Positions 13,470 to 26,830 of a stretch of 64,000 nt of DNA are shown here, piece by piece. Each line of letters starts with the position of its first letter. Position 1 is the stretch's first letter. Origin of the DNA: Felis catus (lineage: Eukaryota); contig NC_058368.1 in assembly GCF_018350175.1 (NCBI RefSeq), positions 230,084,001-230,148,000 on the forward strand, written 5' to 3'. Under the pieces are notes generated by a model. That model did not search any database. It had not been told where the DNA came from and worked only from the letters and a program-made list of their open reading frames with translations. The position numbers and the translations under genes are program-made.

Positions 13470-13890
13470 GAGCTCAGAGACAAAGGAAGTCAAAAATTCA
13501 AAGCTACAGAGATTTGACACATAAATTCTCTATTGCTGGCTTTGAAGATGGAGAGGCTATGTGACTAGCAATGCACATGGCTTCTAGAAGCTGAGAGTGA
13601 TCCTTGACTGACGGCAACAAGAAGAGGGTCTCAGTACTAAAACCAAAAGGAATTGAATTCCGCTCACATGCTGAATAAACTTGAAACAGATTATTTTCTA
13701 GAACATCAACAAAGGAATCTAGCCCAGCAGAAACTCTGATGCTAACCTTTAATGACCTTGAACAGAGAAACCAACCATACCACAGCTGAATTTTATAAAA
13801 CTTATGAAACTGTTAGCGTAAAAAATGGGACATTGTTTTAAGCTGCTCAGTTAGTGGTAACTTGTTACACAGTAATAGGAAATATCGACA
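13470..13890 (+). mobile_element. MaLR LTR (MLT1D/E-like)
   Basis: ttgctggctttgaagatgga...tctagaagctg...ttgttttaagctgctcagttagtggtaacttgttacacagtaatagga. Confidence 0.78.
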
Positions 13891-14236
13891 GTGCTTTCCA
13901 GTTGGTCGTTAGAGATTATAATAAGCTGAATTATTGAAAGTTTTCCAAGAAAATAAATCTTTTCTGTGACCATCTATATTTCATTCCAAAGGTGAATGTC
14001 TATAGCCCATTTTATTTTTCATGCATGTATATATGCGTTTGGATTCACATATTAAAATAATCTGTAGCTTTTATTCTAAGAAGTGGAGGTATTTGAATAT
14101 GGAGTAGCGGCATTATTTATTGTGGAATAAGGACTATTAAATAAAGCAATCATACTTAGGCTCACCATTTTTTTTAATAATATAGACACCCAAGATTCTA
14201 ATTGGAGTTATATATGTTTAAAAAGACGAAATGTTA

Positions 14237-14441
14237 GGGGCACCTGGGTGGCTCAGTCAGTTAGGTATCCAACTTCGGTTCAGGTTATGACCTCAGGGTT
14301 CATGGGTTCGAGCCCCACCTTGGGCTCTGTGCTTACAGCTCAGAGCCTGGAGTGCTCTGGATTCTGTGTCTCCCCTTCTCTCTGCCCTTTCTCTTCTTGT
14401 GCTCTCTCTGTTTTTCAAAAATAAATGTTAAAAAAATTTTT
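14237..14441 (+). mobile_element. CanSINE
   Basis: ggggcacctgggtggctcagtcagtt head, aaaaataaatgttaaaa tail. Confidence 0.93.
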
Positions 14442-14469
14442 AAATACAAAATGTAATATATATATTCAT

Positions 14470-14525
<56 letters not shown>
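14470..14525. repeat. Compound (CA)n(TA)n microsatellite
   Basis: Direct reading. Confidence 0.95.
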
Positions 14526-14528
<3 letters not shown>

Positions 14529-16577
14529 TTGCTTGCTCCATGTAAGAAGCTGCTCTATCTTCCCTGCAGATGAACTATTGAATTTCTTGCAAACAAGTGT
14601 CCACAAAAGTTTGCCATATCTTAGAGACTGGATGCAAAAGGAATTAATGTTATACGTGTTATCAAAGGTCATTCTCTTTATTAGCTAACTTCTGTGAGCT
14701 GAAATGCCAACAATTCTATTAATGGAGTCTAAAACTCTTGTCCACAGTTAACAAAGAAGTCAGGCTTATTTTAGGAAATATGCTGACTTCTGGTTAAAGT
14801 AGTTAGAGGTGAAGAAACATTAGTCAAGTAGACACATACTTTTTGTCACAATGAAATGTATTTATTTAAAAGCATGATCACTGAACTTTTTAAGGAAATA
14901 AACCATATATGAATATAATTGTAAGTAAAACGTGCATTTTTTCATTATCCTGTAGGATCTGATATTTAAAAAAGTAGATAGTTGTATGTATTGTTTTAAG
15001 ATAAAGAAGGAGTAAATTTGCCAAAATATTTCATTTTGAAAAGAACACAGCTTGGATAATTAAATAATTACTTTTATTTTTTTCACATGAATTTTTTTTG
15101 CTATGAAGATATTTCTACACATTTGCGTGTTCCCAAAGGAAACACTCAATGGAAAAAATCACTCAATGCCATAGGATTCTAGATTCTTACCAGTGGTGAA
15201 TACAGGCTTGCTCGCAGGGGAAAAAAATAATAGCAATAATAATATTGCTATAATATTATAAAAAGTAGTTTTTACTTGAAAATTAGAGAATAGCTGTTAG
15301 TTTCCACACTAGGCAGTATCTCTCATGTGGCTGAAGTATTACTCTTCCAACAAAGTCTAGTGATTTATTTGAACAGGACATTTAATTGATTGAATTGGTA
15401 ATAAGAATTAACATTGCAGTGGTATTTTCTAAGTCTTTCAGAATGGCTTCTTTGTATGAAAACAGAAATAAAAACAAAAATACAGAGACTATAGACCTAT
15501 TTGAGAGGTTTTCCTTTTTCATTGCCAATTAAAAAAAAAAATTGCTTCCCTGTTTCCTTCCAGACTAAATTCCAGAGCAGTAATCTACCTAGAATATGCT
15601 CCTGATTTTCTTAAGTCCCTTTGTGAAGCCTTGTTCTTATCTTAAGCCCTGATCTACTTTTCTCCAGTGACCTAGTCTCTCATAGCTTGCCTTTTAATGC
15701 TACCGTTATTCCTTTAGGATTTCCTAGTGTAGTCTTGTCTTTTTCCGACATAAATTAAGAATATTCTAGACCACTTTCTGGGCTCTCAAGAAGCACCATC
15801 ACATTTCTGCTCAGGTCTCCACTCCAGAAAGAGCGAGAACATTCATAGTCTTTGTTGGTTTCACTGGGACATACTTAACTCCTCTCGACCCCTTTTCTCT
15901 CAGTCTTCAGTCCCCTGAGCCCTTCCCACCTTGCCTAGAGTCCAAGGTCCCTGTGCTGAGCCACGTCTAGATAGTACCCTAGTGTCCTTTGGATTCCTAG
16001 GCATGCAAGAAAGCTTACACCCCAGGTTGAAGCCGCCACCTCGTCCTCACCTGCACGGAGACTTTGCTGAGCCTTCTTAGACACTGAAAGTAGTGGCTGT
16101 CCCTCCTGCCTGTCCTCTGTTGGCCTCTAAGTAATTCCTGAAGGGCAGGGGCCAGGGGCGTATGCCAAAGCCGTGGCCAGCACGTGCTAACTGTGCAGTC
16201 AGTGCTGAATGAAGCAATGAGTGAATGGATACATAGTATTTCTATGACTGTTCTTATTTTTGTCACTCTTGTTCTGGTAGAAATCACTAGTCATACTAAT
16301 TTATAAGGATTTCTGTCTCTATGTATTCCAGAATATATATACATATAATATATATAACATATCAAATGGTTTACATTATTCTGAACTTACCAGACCGGAA
16401 TATCACTTTTCAGTACTCATTCTAGTTACTTTTCACGTTAAAATAGCACACTGGATTCCAGAGCCAGTTGATTTGAGGTACTCTGTGCATGGAGTTATGG
16501 TTGACCTAGTCACATACTTTCACTCTGACCTTAGGAAGATGATGATACTGGTGATAACTTTAATAATATTAATGACA

Positions 16578-16787
16578 GGGCACCTGAGTGGCTCAGGCGG
16601 TTGAACATCTGTTTCAGCTCAGGTCATAATCTCCCTGTTTGTGAGTTCAAGCCCCCCATCTGGTTCTGTGCTTATAGCACAGAGCCTGCTTCGAATTTTC
16701 TCTCTCCTCTCTCTCTGCCCCTCCCCTGCTCTCTCTCTCCCTCTCTCTGTCTCTCAAAATAAATAAATAAACATTAAAAAGTTAAAA
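16578..16787 (+). mobile_element. CanSINE
   Basis: TSD aatattaatga at 16565-16575 and 16788-16798. Confidence 0.92.
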
Positions 16788-16799
16788 AATATTAATGAT

Positions 16800-17010
16800 A
16801 ATATTTGTTGAGCAATTTTCATAGACCAGGCATGGATATGGTTTACGTAGATCATGCTGTTCACTTCGAGTTAACCCTGTGAGTTAAATCTGATTTCATT
16901 TTGTAGATAACAACACAGATTCAGAAAGGGAAATTTGTTTCCCCAACATCCAGCAGCTAGGACCAGACATTGATTGTCGAGCCCAGGTATCTTTACTCCC
17001 CAAGTACCCA
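16800..17010 (-). mobile_element. MIR
   Basis: atttgttgagc...aaccctgtgag...cattttgtagat...cccaacatccagcagctag. Confidence 0.6.
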
Positions 17011-17375
17011 TGTTAATATGCCTTACCACGATGCTGTTATTCAGTCTTCAATGGTGTCTTAAATTATGTTGGAAATTATGCATGTTGTAAATAACTATCT
17101 AAATGTCTCCAGTCCATTTTCTTCCTAGGGATATAAACATTTTGGACTGATTTTGTGCTTATTTTTTCTCTACCCCCCACCCCAGTAATTATAGCTATTT
17201 TGAATTCCTTTATCTGAATATATTTCTGAGATTCATTCTTACACAAATGAGGTAATGAGTGCTAATAGTATATGTTATTATTGCTTTTAATTACATCCAG
17301 ACTGTTAGGCATTCTCTTGCAAATTGCAGTGGACAAATTATACTAATATTTATGTGTATAAAATGCTACTTGTAT

Positions 17376-17727
17376 TGTCTTAGGCTGTTCAGGCTGCTAT
17401 AGCAGAATACCATAGATTGAGTAGCTTATAAACAACATGAGTTTATTTCTCATACTTCTGAAGACTGGGAAATCCAAGATGGAGGCACTAGCCAATTTGG
17501 TGTCTGATGAGTGTCTGCTGCTCGGTTCACAGACAGTTTTCTTTGTGCTGTATCTTCACATGGCAGAAGGGCTGAGGGAGCTCTCTGGGGCCTCCTTTAT
17601 AAAGGCACTAATTCCATTCATAAAGGCTCCACCCTGATAACCTAATCATATCCAAGAGGCCCCCACCTCCAAATACCATCACAGAGTAGAGTAGATTAGG
17701 AGGGGCACAAGCATTCAGTCTATGTCA
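17376..17727 (-). mobile_element. MaLR solo LTR (MLT1A-like)
   Basis: tgtcttagg...ggctgctatagcagaataccatagattg...ccacctccaaataccatcaca...cattcagtctatgtca. Confidence 0.88.
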
Positions 17728-17839
17728 CATATTAAACACATTTTTCTAGGTTTCTTCTGTGGGATAACAAATAGTCACCTGTCCTGAGGATTTGATGTAG
17801 GTCCTAACAAAGGGTCAAATACTTATAATGATTCAATAT

Positions 17840-18061
17840 TTGTTTAATGTTTGTTTATTTTTGAGAGAGAGACGAGACAGAGTGCAAGCAGGGGAAGGAC
17901 AGAGAGAGCGGGGGGGGGGGGGGGGGGGACACAGAATCTGAAGCAGGCTCCAAGGTCTGAGCCGTCAGCACAGAGCCCAATGTGAGGCTCCAACCCTTGA
18001 ACACAGATCATGACCTGAGCCAAAGTCGAATGCTTAACTGACTGAACCACCTGGGAACCCC
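17840..18061 (-). mobile_element. CanSINE with an internal G19 run
   Basis: Reverse SINE body; poly-G at 17910-17928. Confidence 0.92.
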
Positions 18062-19834
18062 TTATGTATTTCTTATAGCAACTACCATAGTTAACACTTT
18101 TGTATCAATTTTGAAGCCTGGGGTCTTTCCAAAATGATATATCAAAAAACTAATATTAACTTTATATTTAAAAACAATATACCAAATCTTATTTAGAGAT
18201 TTTACATTGTAAAATAGATATTTCAGGAATATTAACTCGTTAATTTTAAATTTAATATTCTGATTGGTATGGAACTGAAAATCTTTATAAATTTAGTCTA
18301 GAATATTTTCCATATTTTCTGTCATCCTTAGCATTTTTTAACTCATGGATCTGAAAAGTGAAATTGGTAGTTGCATAGTTTAGAGCTAAATTTCTTCATT
18401 GTGTTTTTAGATATTGCCTACGCTCACTAATTTCCCTGATTTCACTTTTTAAAAAAATCTGTAATAGTATAATGCTTTTCTGTAATTTTGCAAAGGTTGA
18501 ATGAAAAATGTAAGTAAAGCACATATCACCCCACACATTGTTACTAGTGAATCATATACATTTTTCCTTTTTGATGAATAGAACACATAATCTTTTTGTT
18601 GAAGTCTCTTTCCTAATTTTTCTGCAAAAGATGATAAAATAGTTTTTCTCACTATGGGCTAAAACGACATACGAGGGTAGCACCACATTTGTCTCCTTCA
18701 TTTTATAGACTAGACAACCACACAGAAATTGACATGATGAATGGAAGAAACTTTTCACATGGTGCATCTTAATATGTCTCTGCACCTACTGCTCAAGCTG
18801 GAGATGAGATTCTTGATATTGTGTGGTTGTGAAATGAAGAGCAGTAATGCAGTGATAACATGTTGACAGGAAATGTTCAGTCAATTAAGATCTAGAAGCC
18901 GGTGGCTCTTTGCATGGGTATTTTTCAGACAGGGAACAGCAAGAGATTAATGCATGGACCAAAATATGCATGCTCATTATTTTCTCTGCTTGTGTAAATA
19001 CAGTGAGAAGTAGAAGTGCCTCTTGGTGAAGGCATTTGTGTGTCCTGCCTTTGCTTAGACACTGAGGGTTCAAGAGCTTTTACCAGCTTTTTTGTGTTTA
19101 TATTTGTGTATGCTCCTTTCAGAGGATTAAAAACCAGTGATATTTCAGCTGACGACATAACAACGAACATTTGATTTGCTTAAAAAGAAAGAACTTCAGT
19201 GGTCATCACTGGGATGACAGCAGCTCGCTCAACACCATGACCATTGTGTGTTCAAATTATTAGGATGGAAAGGCAGTGGGGAGCGAGCAGGAAGAATGTG
19301 GTAGTGTGTGTGAGGAGATCGTGGTCTGGGCACCAACACACTCAAGAAGTGACTTGGGGCATGTCATTTGGGTTTTCTGGGCCTCCATTTCTACACCTGT
19401 AAAATAGGAATAGTACCTAGGTTTGTTTCAAGTCTTCACTCCTGTGTTCTTCATCTCATTGGCACCTTTCATTTTAGGCAGTAAGTTGCGTGGGAATATT
19501 TTAAGATGGCGACATTATGTGAACTTGAGTAACAAATCAAATTGAGAAATGAGGATAGCAAGATGTTCCCAGATAGATTTGGTGCTTCAGAGGAAGGCAG
19601 CTAGATGTCTGTACATTCATATAAATAGTTTTTTCCAATATAAGAATCTCCAGTTGGGTCAAGGCATGGATTTTATATTTGGGAAAACACAGTCTAAAAG
19701 AAATTGTGTACATATGTATGTTATAAACTACCTCAGATGTTCTCCATGTTTTCTAGTTTGGCTAAAACTAGGGCAAAGATATGGAACTAGAACACAGTTT
19801 CACACTGAGAGACCAGGGAGATTGGGCTTTTTTT

Positions 19835-20034
19835 AAGAAAAAAAAAGTTTATTTATTTATTTAGAGAGAGAGAAAGCTTGAGTGGCGAAAGAGCAGAGAG
19901 AGAGAGAGAATCCCATGCAGGCTCTGTGTTCAATGTGGAGCCTGACGCAGGGCAGGGTCTCACATATGTGAGATCCAGACCTGAGTCAAAATCAAGAATT
20001 GGACACGTAACCTACTGAGCCACTCAGGTACCCC
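19835..20034 (-). mobile_element. CanSINE (subtype with the caaaatcaaga motif)
   Basis: Flanked by agggag(at)tgggcttttt direct repeats. Confidence 0.88.
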
Positions 20035-21344
20035 AGGGAGTGGGCTTTTTAAGAACTAACCATTGGTTCCATGAAAAAAAAAAATGCTCACGAGGTAATT
20101 CTAAGGACCTAATAAGTTAGGAAGCTCTCCTGTGCTTCAAATGTGAAGGCTCCTGGACTCCAGGGGTTTCCTATCAAATACAAAGAGAGATTTATAAGCA
20201 GATGAAGCATGATGAAATTTGTCGGTGCCCTGAAGAGAGTAAGTCGTGGCTCTGGGGTAGTTTTACAGAGGGATATTTGTGTGTGAAGGATAGGAACCAC
20301 TGGTGGGAGACAAAACGGGATAAAGGCATTGCTCAGAGGTAAAGTTCAAAGTCAGAAATACAGGGGTCAACTTGAAATCACTGTGGTTGGAATAGCCAAT
20401 GCATGGCGCAGACTGGTGTTGGAGAAGGGTGCAGGCAGACGTAACCATTCTGTGAGCGGTCCCGCAAGTCAGTGTAGTGATCTGGGGTTTGTTGAGTTGT
20501 CAGTAGAACGTGGAAGACAGCTTTATCCAAGGAAGTGATGTCATCATCCTTGGTTCTGCCAGCCGCTTGGAGAATGGAGTGAAGCCTGTGGAGGCTGGTG
20601 ACAGCCCCACATGTTAGAAATGGCAGCATTTGTCCAACGGAGAAGTCAAAAGATTTAAACCAAGGTCATGAGCACCTATAGCAATTTCAGAGTTGGGAGG
20701 CTCTGCGGACTCACTTATGTCAAAGGAGACAGAGTAGGTTTGTGAAATTATTATTTATTTTTCTTAAAAAACGTAAACATTTGTTAGGCTAAGCCAACAC
20801 TGAGCTTAGCTTTTATTGCAAGCATTGCCCGTTTTCAACAAGGAAATCTTTGATGTTTTTATTTCATGGAATGTGAATGTATTCTAATTCCCCTTTATCC
20901 AGGAGAAACTATCATAGAATTTTAAATTTAAGAGATTGCTGTGTTAGCAGCAGGCAGCAAAGATGTTGCCTGATTTGTTGACAGTAAAGCTGTATTCATA
21001 AGCCTGTCTTCTCAAACATCTGTGTGTTTAGTACCTCAAGAGCTGAGGAAGTTTAAAAATTGCCACACGTTGTTGCTTAGTCTTCTGCACATTATCTGAG
21101 AATGTACCTCTCAGCAAGATTTTATTGAAAAGCTATGTCTAAAGAATTGACTGCCAACTTTATTCAAAATTTAGCAATTAACCTTTTCTCTCTAATGTGG
21201 GAATGACGGTATCCACCTGTTAGGACTCTGTCATTTTGACATTCTTCATTTAAGGTAAACAGTTTCATTCCGTCTCTTGAAACTCATGCATTCCTATTGT
21301 ATCATAAATGCCCAACAAACATTGCAGCTCTAATTTAAGCAGGT

Positions 21345-21590
21345 AGCTTAGGGTTGTGGATCACACCACGGAGTTTTGAACTAGTCAGTTTTGGGTTTGA
21401 TTCTCAGCTCCACGTATCGCTAACTGTGTGACATTTGGAGAGGTCTTCTAGAAGCTCCATGGATCTATATGTAAATTGTGGAGAATAATACCTTAGAAGT
21501 TTGTTGTAAGGATTAAATATGAAAATGTGTTTAAAGCAATTAAAACAATTTAAAGCGTACTGTTTGTCACTGAGGAAATATTCAATATGT
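21345..21590 (+). mobile_element. MIR
   Basis: gggtttgattctcagctccac...ctaactgtgtgac...gttgtaaggattaaat...gtttaaagca. Confidence 0.7.
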
Positions 21591-22300
21591 GAGGCCTGGT
21601 TCTCTCCTTAGTAATTGATGAATTAATTTATATAAATATTGTAATTATGACTCACATGTCACATACACAAATGGGAAAGGCCCTCCTTTTCACAGAGACA
21701 TGTTGTTTATTTATATTTTCTCTTCTTTATCTTTTATTTAGGAGGTGATTATGATATCAAATTAACTGAAAACAGTATTCTCACTATCATCATTCTCCGC
21801 CATCACAGTAAAGTGATGTTCTTAAATTTATGTGTGAGTGATATGTATGTGAGGTATGACCATGATGCCTGAAATATCACACTGTTCAGGATACAGTCTC
21901 ATCACCACTGAAGAGTGTATTTGCCCTCAAGTGGACAGTTGCTCAAGGTCACTGTAATTTGGGGCACCTGTGCTCCCCTATCAATAAACTTTGCATAATG
22001 CCTTTGTAACATGGTACAAGAAGAGATAAAGATGAGAATAGAGAAGATGCTCAATGTTACCTAAACACTGGAGTTGCTAGCATTTTATTAAAGCATTAGG
22101 GGTCTTTAAAGAATTGTGGAAGCTAATGGTGTCCACTGACACCTGTGTCTAAAAACTGAAGTCTGCTTATCTGGTTGCTGATTCACAGAAGAATTGCCCA
22201 TGGCCACGTGGGTAGGTTGCTAGGGTCAACAAAATAAGGACAAATGTGTAGAGGCATGGATTTGTGAAGTTGTCTGTTAATAAGGAAGGAGCACACGGTC

Positions 22301-22936
22301 TCATTCCATCCATCCATCCATCCATCCATCCATCCATCCATCCATCCTTCCATTCATCCATCCATCCATCCATCCTTCCATCTATCCATCCATCCATCTA
22401 TCCATCCATCCATCCATCCATCCATCCATCCATCCATCCTTCCATCCATCCTTCCATCCATCCATCCATCCATCCATCCATCCATCCATCCATCCATCCT
22501 TCCATCCATCCTTCCATCCATCCATCCATCCATCCATCCTTCCATCCATCCTTCCATCCATACATCCATCCTTCCATCCATCCATCCATCCATCCATCCA
22601 TCCATCCATCCATCCATCCTTCCATTCATCCATCCATCCTTCCATTCATCCATCCTTCCATCCATCCATCCATCCATCCATCCATCCATCCATCCATCCT
22701 TCCATCCTTCCATCCATCCATCCTTCCATCCATCCATCCATCCATCCATCCTTCCATCCATCCATCCATCCATCCATCCATCCATCCTTCCATTCATCCA
22801 TCCATCCATCCATCCTTCCATCTATCCGTCGATCCATCCATCCATCCATCCTTCCATCCATCCTTTCATCCATCCATCCTTCCATCCATCCATCCATCCA
22901 TCCTTCCATCCATCCTTCCATCCATCCTTCCATCCA
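22301..22936. repeat. Long (CCAT)n array with CCTT/TCAT/CTAT variant units, about 630 bp
   Basis: Direct reading; it generates the SIHP and MDGW pseudo-ORFs. Confidence 0.98.
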
Positions 22937-23045
22937 GCACGTAAAAATCATTGATCTAATATATGTCACACAATATAATAGACACTGGGAGTATAGCTCT
23001 GGATGAAGAAGGCAAATTGCCTGTTGTCAAATAACCTACAGTCTT
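22937..23045 (-). mobile_element. L2 3'-end fragment abutting the CCAT array
   Basis: cattgatctaatatatgtcacacaatataatagacactgggagtatagc...gcctg...cctacagtct is a degraded reverse L2 terminus. Confidence 0.55.
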
Positions 23046-23617
23046 CATGCTTCCTTGAGGATGTGACTTTACTTAGTAAGGATGATAACCAGATCATTCC
23101 CTGGTTAAAATTGCTCTCCTTAGTGTCTATAACAAAACATATGTCAGACTAACCTTTATATGCATGATAGACTATTTAATACTAAGTTAACACAGCGAAT
23201 GCAAGATCCAGATTCAAGAGAGAGAATTAAATTAGCTCGATTCTATTTAAATTACTCTTTGGGTTGGGGATGCAGAGGTGTATTTTAAGCATAAATCTGC
23301 CCATTTTCAACACTTATTATATTTGGATAATGAACTAGCATTCCAGAGGGAGAAAATTAATCAGAACTTAGTTTCATGTGCAACTCATGGAATCAGAATA
23401 AAGGAATAATAAACTAATGAAGAAATAAAGCTCCATAGGATATTTGAAAGTTTTTAAATAAATATTAAAAACTTCAAAAAAGAGAATTTTAAGAAATAAG
23501 ATTTAAAAGAACTCGTGGTGTTTCTGTCAGGGGATTTGATTCGTCATTTTTCACAGAAGATTTAACTTGCTTTACTATTTCCAGAGAGAATTCTTTCATT
23601 TTCAGTGAGAAAAGTAA

Positions 23618-23657
23618 ACACACACACACGCGCGCACACACATACACACACACACAT
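23618..23657. repeat. (CA)n with a (CG)3 core, alternating purine-pyrimidine tract
   Basis: acacacacacacgcgcgcacacacatacacacacacacat. Confidence 0.9.
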
Positions 23658-24029
23658 GAAATAAAACTCTGAGATGCTAATTGAGCACAAGGATAAAATA
23701 AGATACTTTTCCAAATAAAAGTATTAAAATGGATTGATGGCCTATTTTTAAAGTTATCATTTATTAATAGGACTTTAGTTAAGAAATGAAGTTTATTTTG
23801 TGAGATTGTTATACAAATATAACTTTCAGAAACCAAGCTCATATTTTAAGATAGTGGCATATATGGGTATAATGAAATATATGACATATACAATGGAGAA
23901 CATGTGGGTTTTTTATGTGCATGATTTAAAGAATGCCACGACTCTGCCGAGGAAATAGAAATTGACTAATAGTTAATGGAGACTCTACTAGTATTCTCTC
24001 TCTCACTATCTCAGAGAGAAACGCTTGAC

Positions 24030-26830
24030 TGCATTTTGTGTTTATTCATTCCCTTGGATTTCTTTATATTTTCCCACATGTATCATCCAAATATGCAAAA
24101 TATTATTTGGTTTGCCTGTTTTTGTATCTTATATAATTACGTTACACATTTTTTGCAACTTGCCTTTTTTTTTAACCAACTCTTTTTCAGATTTATCCAC
24201 GTTGATGTGAGCACTTGTGATTTATACACTGTTTTCACTGATGCCTCCTAATTCATCATGTGAATATGCCATAATCCATTTATCCTTTCTCTTGAGGAGA
24301 ACATTTGCAGATGTTGCAGGTTTTGCTTTTAGAAACATATGGCTTGGGACACAATTATATGAACTTCTAGTGTAGGTGTGCAAGGGTTTCTCTTGGATGT
24401 GCACAGACATCCTGTGCACCCATCCTGGGTGACCTTGAGGATTTGAACATCTTCAGGCTCCTCTGTAATGCAGAAGAACTTTCAGAAGTAGAGGTACCAA
24501 TTTACATTCCCTTCAGCAAGGAATGATGCATTACTCCATTTACTCAGCAAAACTCACTATTTCCCAAGTTTTTGTTGGTGGTGTTGTTGCAGCTCTGGTG
24601 GGTTTGCTTCTCCTTGACTTCTGCATTGAGAGAACTTTTTATACATTTATTAGATATTCACGTTTATTCTTCCATTTAAATCTTTTGCACATTGTTCTAT
24701 TGGTGGTTTGCCTTTTTTTAGCTATTTTAATTCTCAATATACTTAGATCGTAATATTTTGTTGGTTGAATGCATTATAACCATGTGTCATAACTCTCAGA
24801 TTGTATGTTTTTCCTTCTTTATGGTGTCCTCTGGTGAACAGAAGTGCTTACTTATAGTGTTGCTAGGTTGATCACTGTGTTTTCTTTAGGATCTATGCTT
24901 TTTGGAATCTTGTTTAAGGAATTTTACCCAGTAAAACAACATTAAAGCCATTTCCTGTTTTTTATTTTATTAACTGTAAAGTGATGCCTTTAATTCATTT
25001 GTAGTTGATTTTTTTGACATGACAGAAGGTAGAAATTCAATTTTCTTTTTTTCCATGTAAATAACCAATTGTCTCAGTACCTGCTATTGAGTAGAATGCC
25101 ATTTGTCCCAAAACCTACAGTTCCGTCTCTCTCATGTGTCAAGTTTTCATATATGTATAATCTAATTCTGGGAAATTGGGGGAGAATTATAGATTTATTA
25201 TTTTGAGTCTTCCTGTCCATGAACTTGATGTCAGTCCATTTTATGTGCCATCTTTCAATGAAGTTTACGCGTTTCGTCTTAAAGGCCTCGCACTGTTTTT
25301 TTGTCTCATTCATTCTAAGGCTCTTTAGAGTTTTTGTTGCGCTTGGAAATGTTATCTTTTTTATACGATGCATCTGCTAAGAGTTTCTTTTTTATATGGA
25401 AGTGCAGTTGATTTTTATATCCTGATCTAATACCAAGAAAACTCACTAAACTCTTTTCACTACTTCTGTAAATTGTTGGTAGATTCCTTGAGGGTTTTTA
25501 TATGAGTAATCTGTGAAGATTACTTTATCATGTCTTCTTTTAAAATCTTTTAAGTTTCATTTTGTTTTGTTTTCTTTTTTGTGTTGGTGAGAAGAGATGG
25601 AGAGTGGGCAACTTTTTTTTTTTTTTATTTAATGGAATTCCTTTCTTTTCTATCGCCAAGAACTGCTGCAGGGTTTCTTTTAATACCAACTCTACTGACA
25701 TATAATCCATGTTTCATTCACTTCACTGATTTGAAGTGTCCGATTTAATGAATTTTAGTATATTGCAGCCATTGCCACAATCAACTTTAGAACGTTTTCA
25801 TCACCCCCAAAAACTCCCCATCTCCATACATTTGCCTTTCCTGGACATTCCATACAAATGGAATCATGCAGTATGAAATCTTTGATGATTGGCGCTTTTG
25901 GTTAGCATCATCTCGTCAGCATGATTTTAGTTAGCATCATATGGTTCACCCATTCTGTACATGTATCAGTACTCATTTTTTTATTGTCCAATAATAGTCA
26001 GTTGTATGGCTGTAACATACTTTATTAATTAATCTGTCATTGGACTTTTAGATTGCTTTCTATTTGGGGGATATTATAAATGGTGCTGTTATGAACATTC
26101 CTTAAATTTTTTTAATGTTTATTTACTGTTGAGAGAGAGATAGAGAGACAGAGCACAAGTGCGGGAGTGGCAGAGAGAGAGGGAGACACAATGTCTGAAG
26201 CAGGCTCCAGGCTCCAAGATGTCAGCACAGAACCCCGACATGGGGCTCAAACTCATGAACCGTGAAATCGTGATCTGAGCTGAAGTCAGATGCTTAATTG
26301 ACTGAGCCACCCAGGCACCCCTTATGTAAAAGTTTTTATGTGCACATGTTTGTTTTTTATTTCTCTTGGTTTTTTTTTTTAGCTACAAATGAAATTTCTG
26401 TGTCCTCCTATGTTTAATGTATTTTTTAATAGACTCATTTCATCTCTCTAAGGTCATTCCTTTTAGTTCCTAATTTGCTAAATGTTACATCGTAAAGAAC
26501 TATTAAATTTTACTTGTTGGTTATCAGTAGTGCATTCCGTTTTGTTGCTGCATGTTATCCTTCTGTATGAATATGTCACCATCTGTGTATTCATTCACCT
26601 GTTGATGGGCATTTGGATTGTTTACAGATATTTTGCTATTTACAAATGAAGCTGCTGTGAACAAGTATACAAGTCTTTGTATGACATATACTTTCTTTTC
26701 ATGTGGGTAAATGCATGTGGAATGGCTAGGTCATATAGCAGGTGTATATCTTACTTTTCAAGAGAATGTCAAACTATTTCCAAAGTAGTTGTGCTATCTC
26801 TAATCCTATCAACCTGAGAGTTCTATTAAA
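24030..26830 (-). mobile_element. Patchwork of old L1 fragments (L1MB/MC/ME-like), antisense
   Basis: Reverse L1 ORF2/3'UTR motifs: gtaccaatttacattccc, ccaattgtctcagtacc, gaacgttttcatcacccccaaaa, cattcacctgttgatgggcatttggattgtt. Confidence 0.75.
26105..26321 (-). mobile_element. CanSINE nested in L1
   Basis: Reverse body ending tgagccacccaggcacccc. Confidence 0.93.

Noticed and set aside
15230..15251. 9-bp AT-rich inverted repeat
   Set aside because: Low-complexity AT context; expected by chance.
22167..22969. 226-aa SIHP-repeat ORF and several MDGW-repeat ORFs
   Set aside because: Translation of a (CCAT)n microsatellite, which lacks stop codons; no splice or coding evidence.
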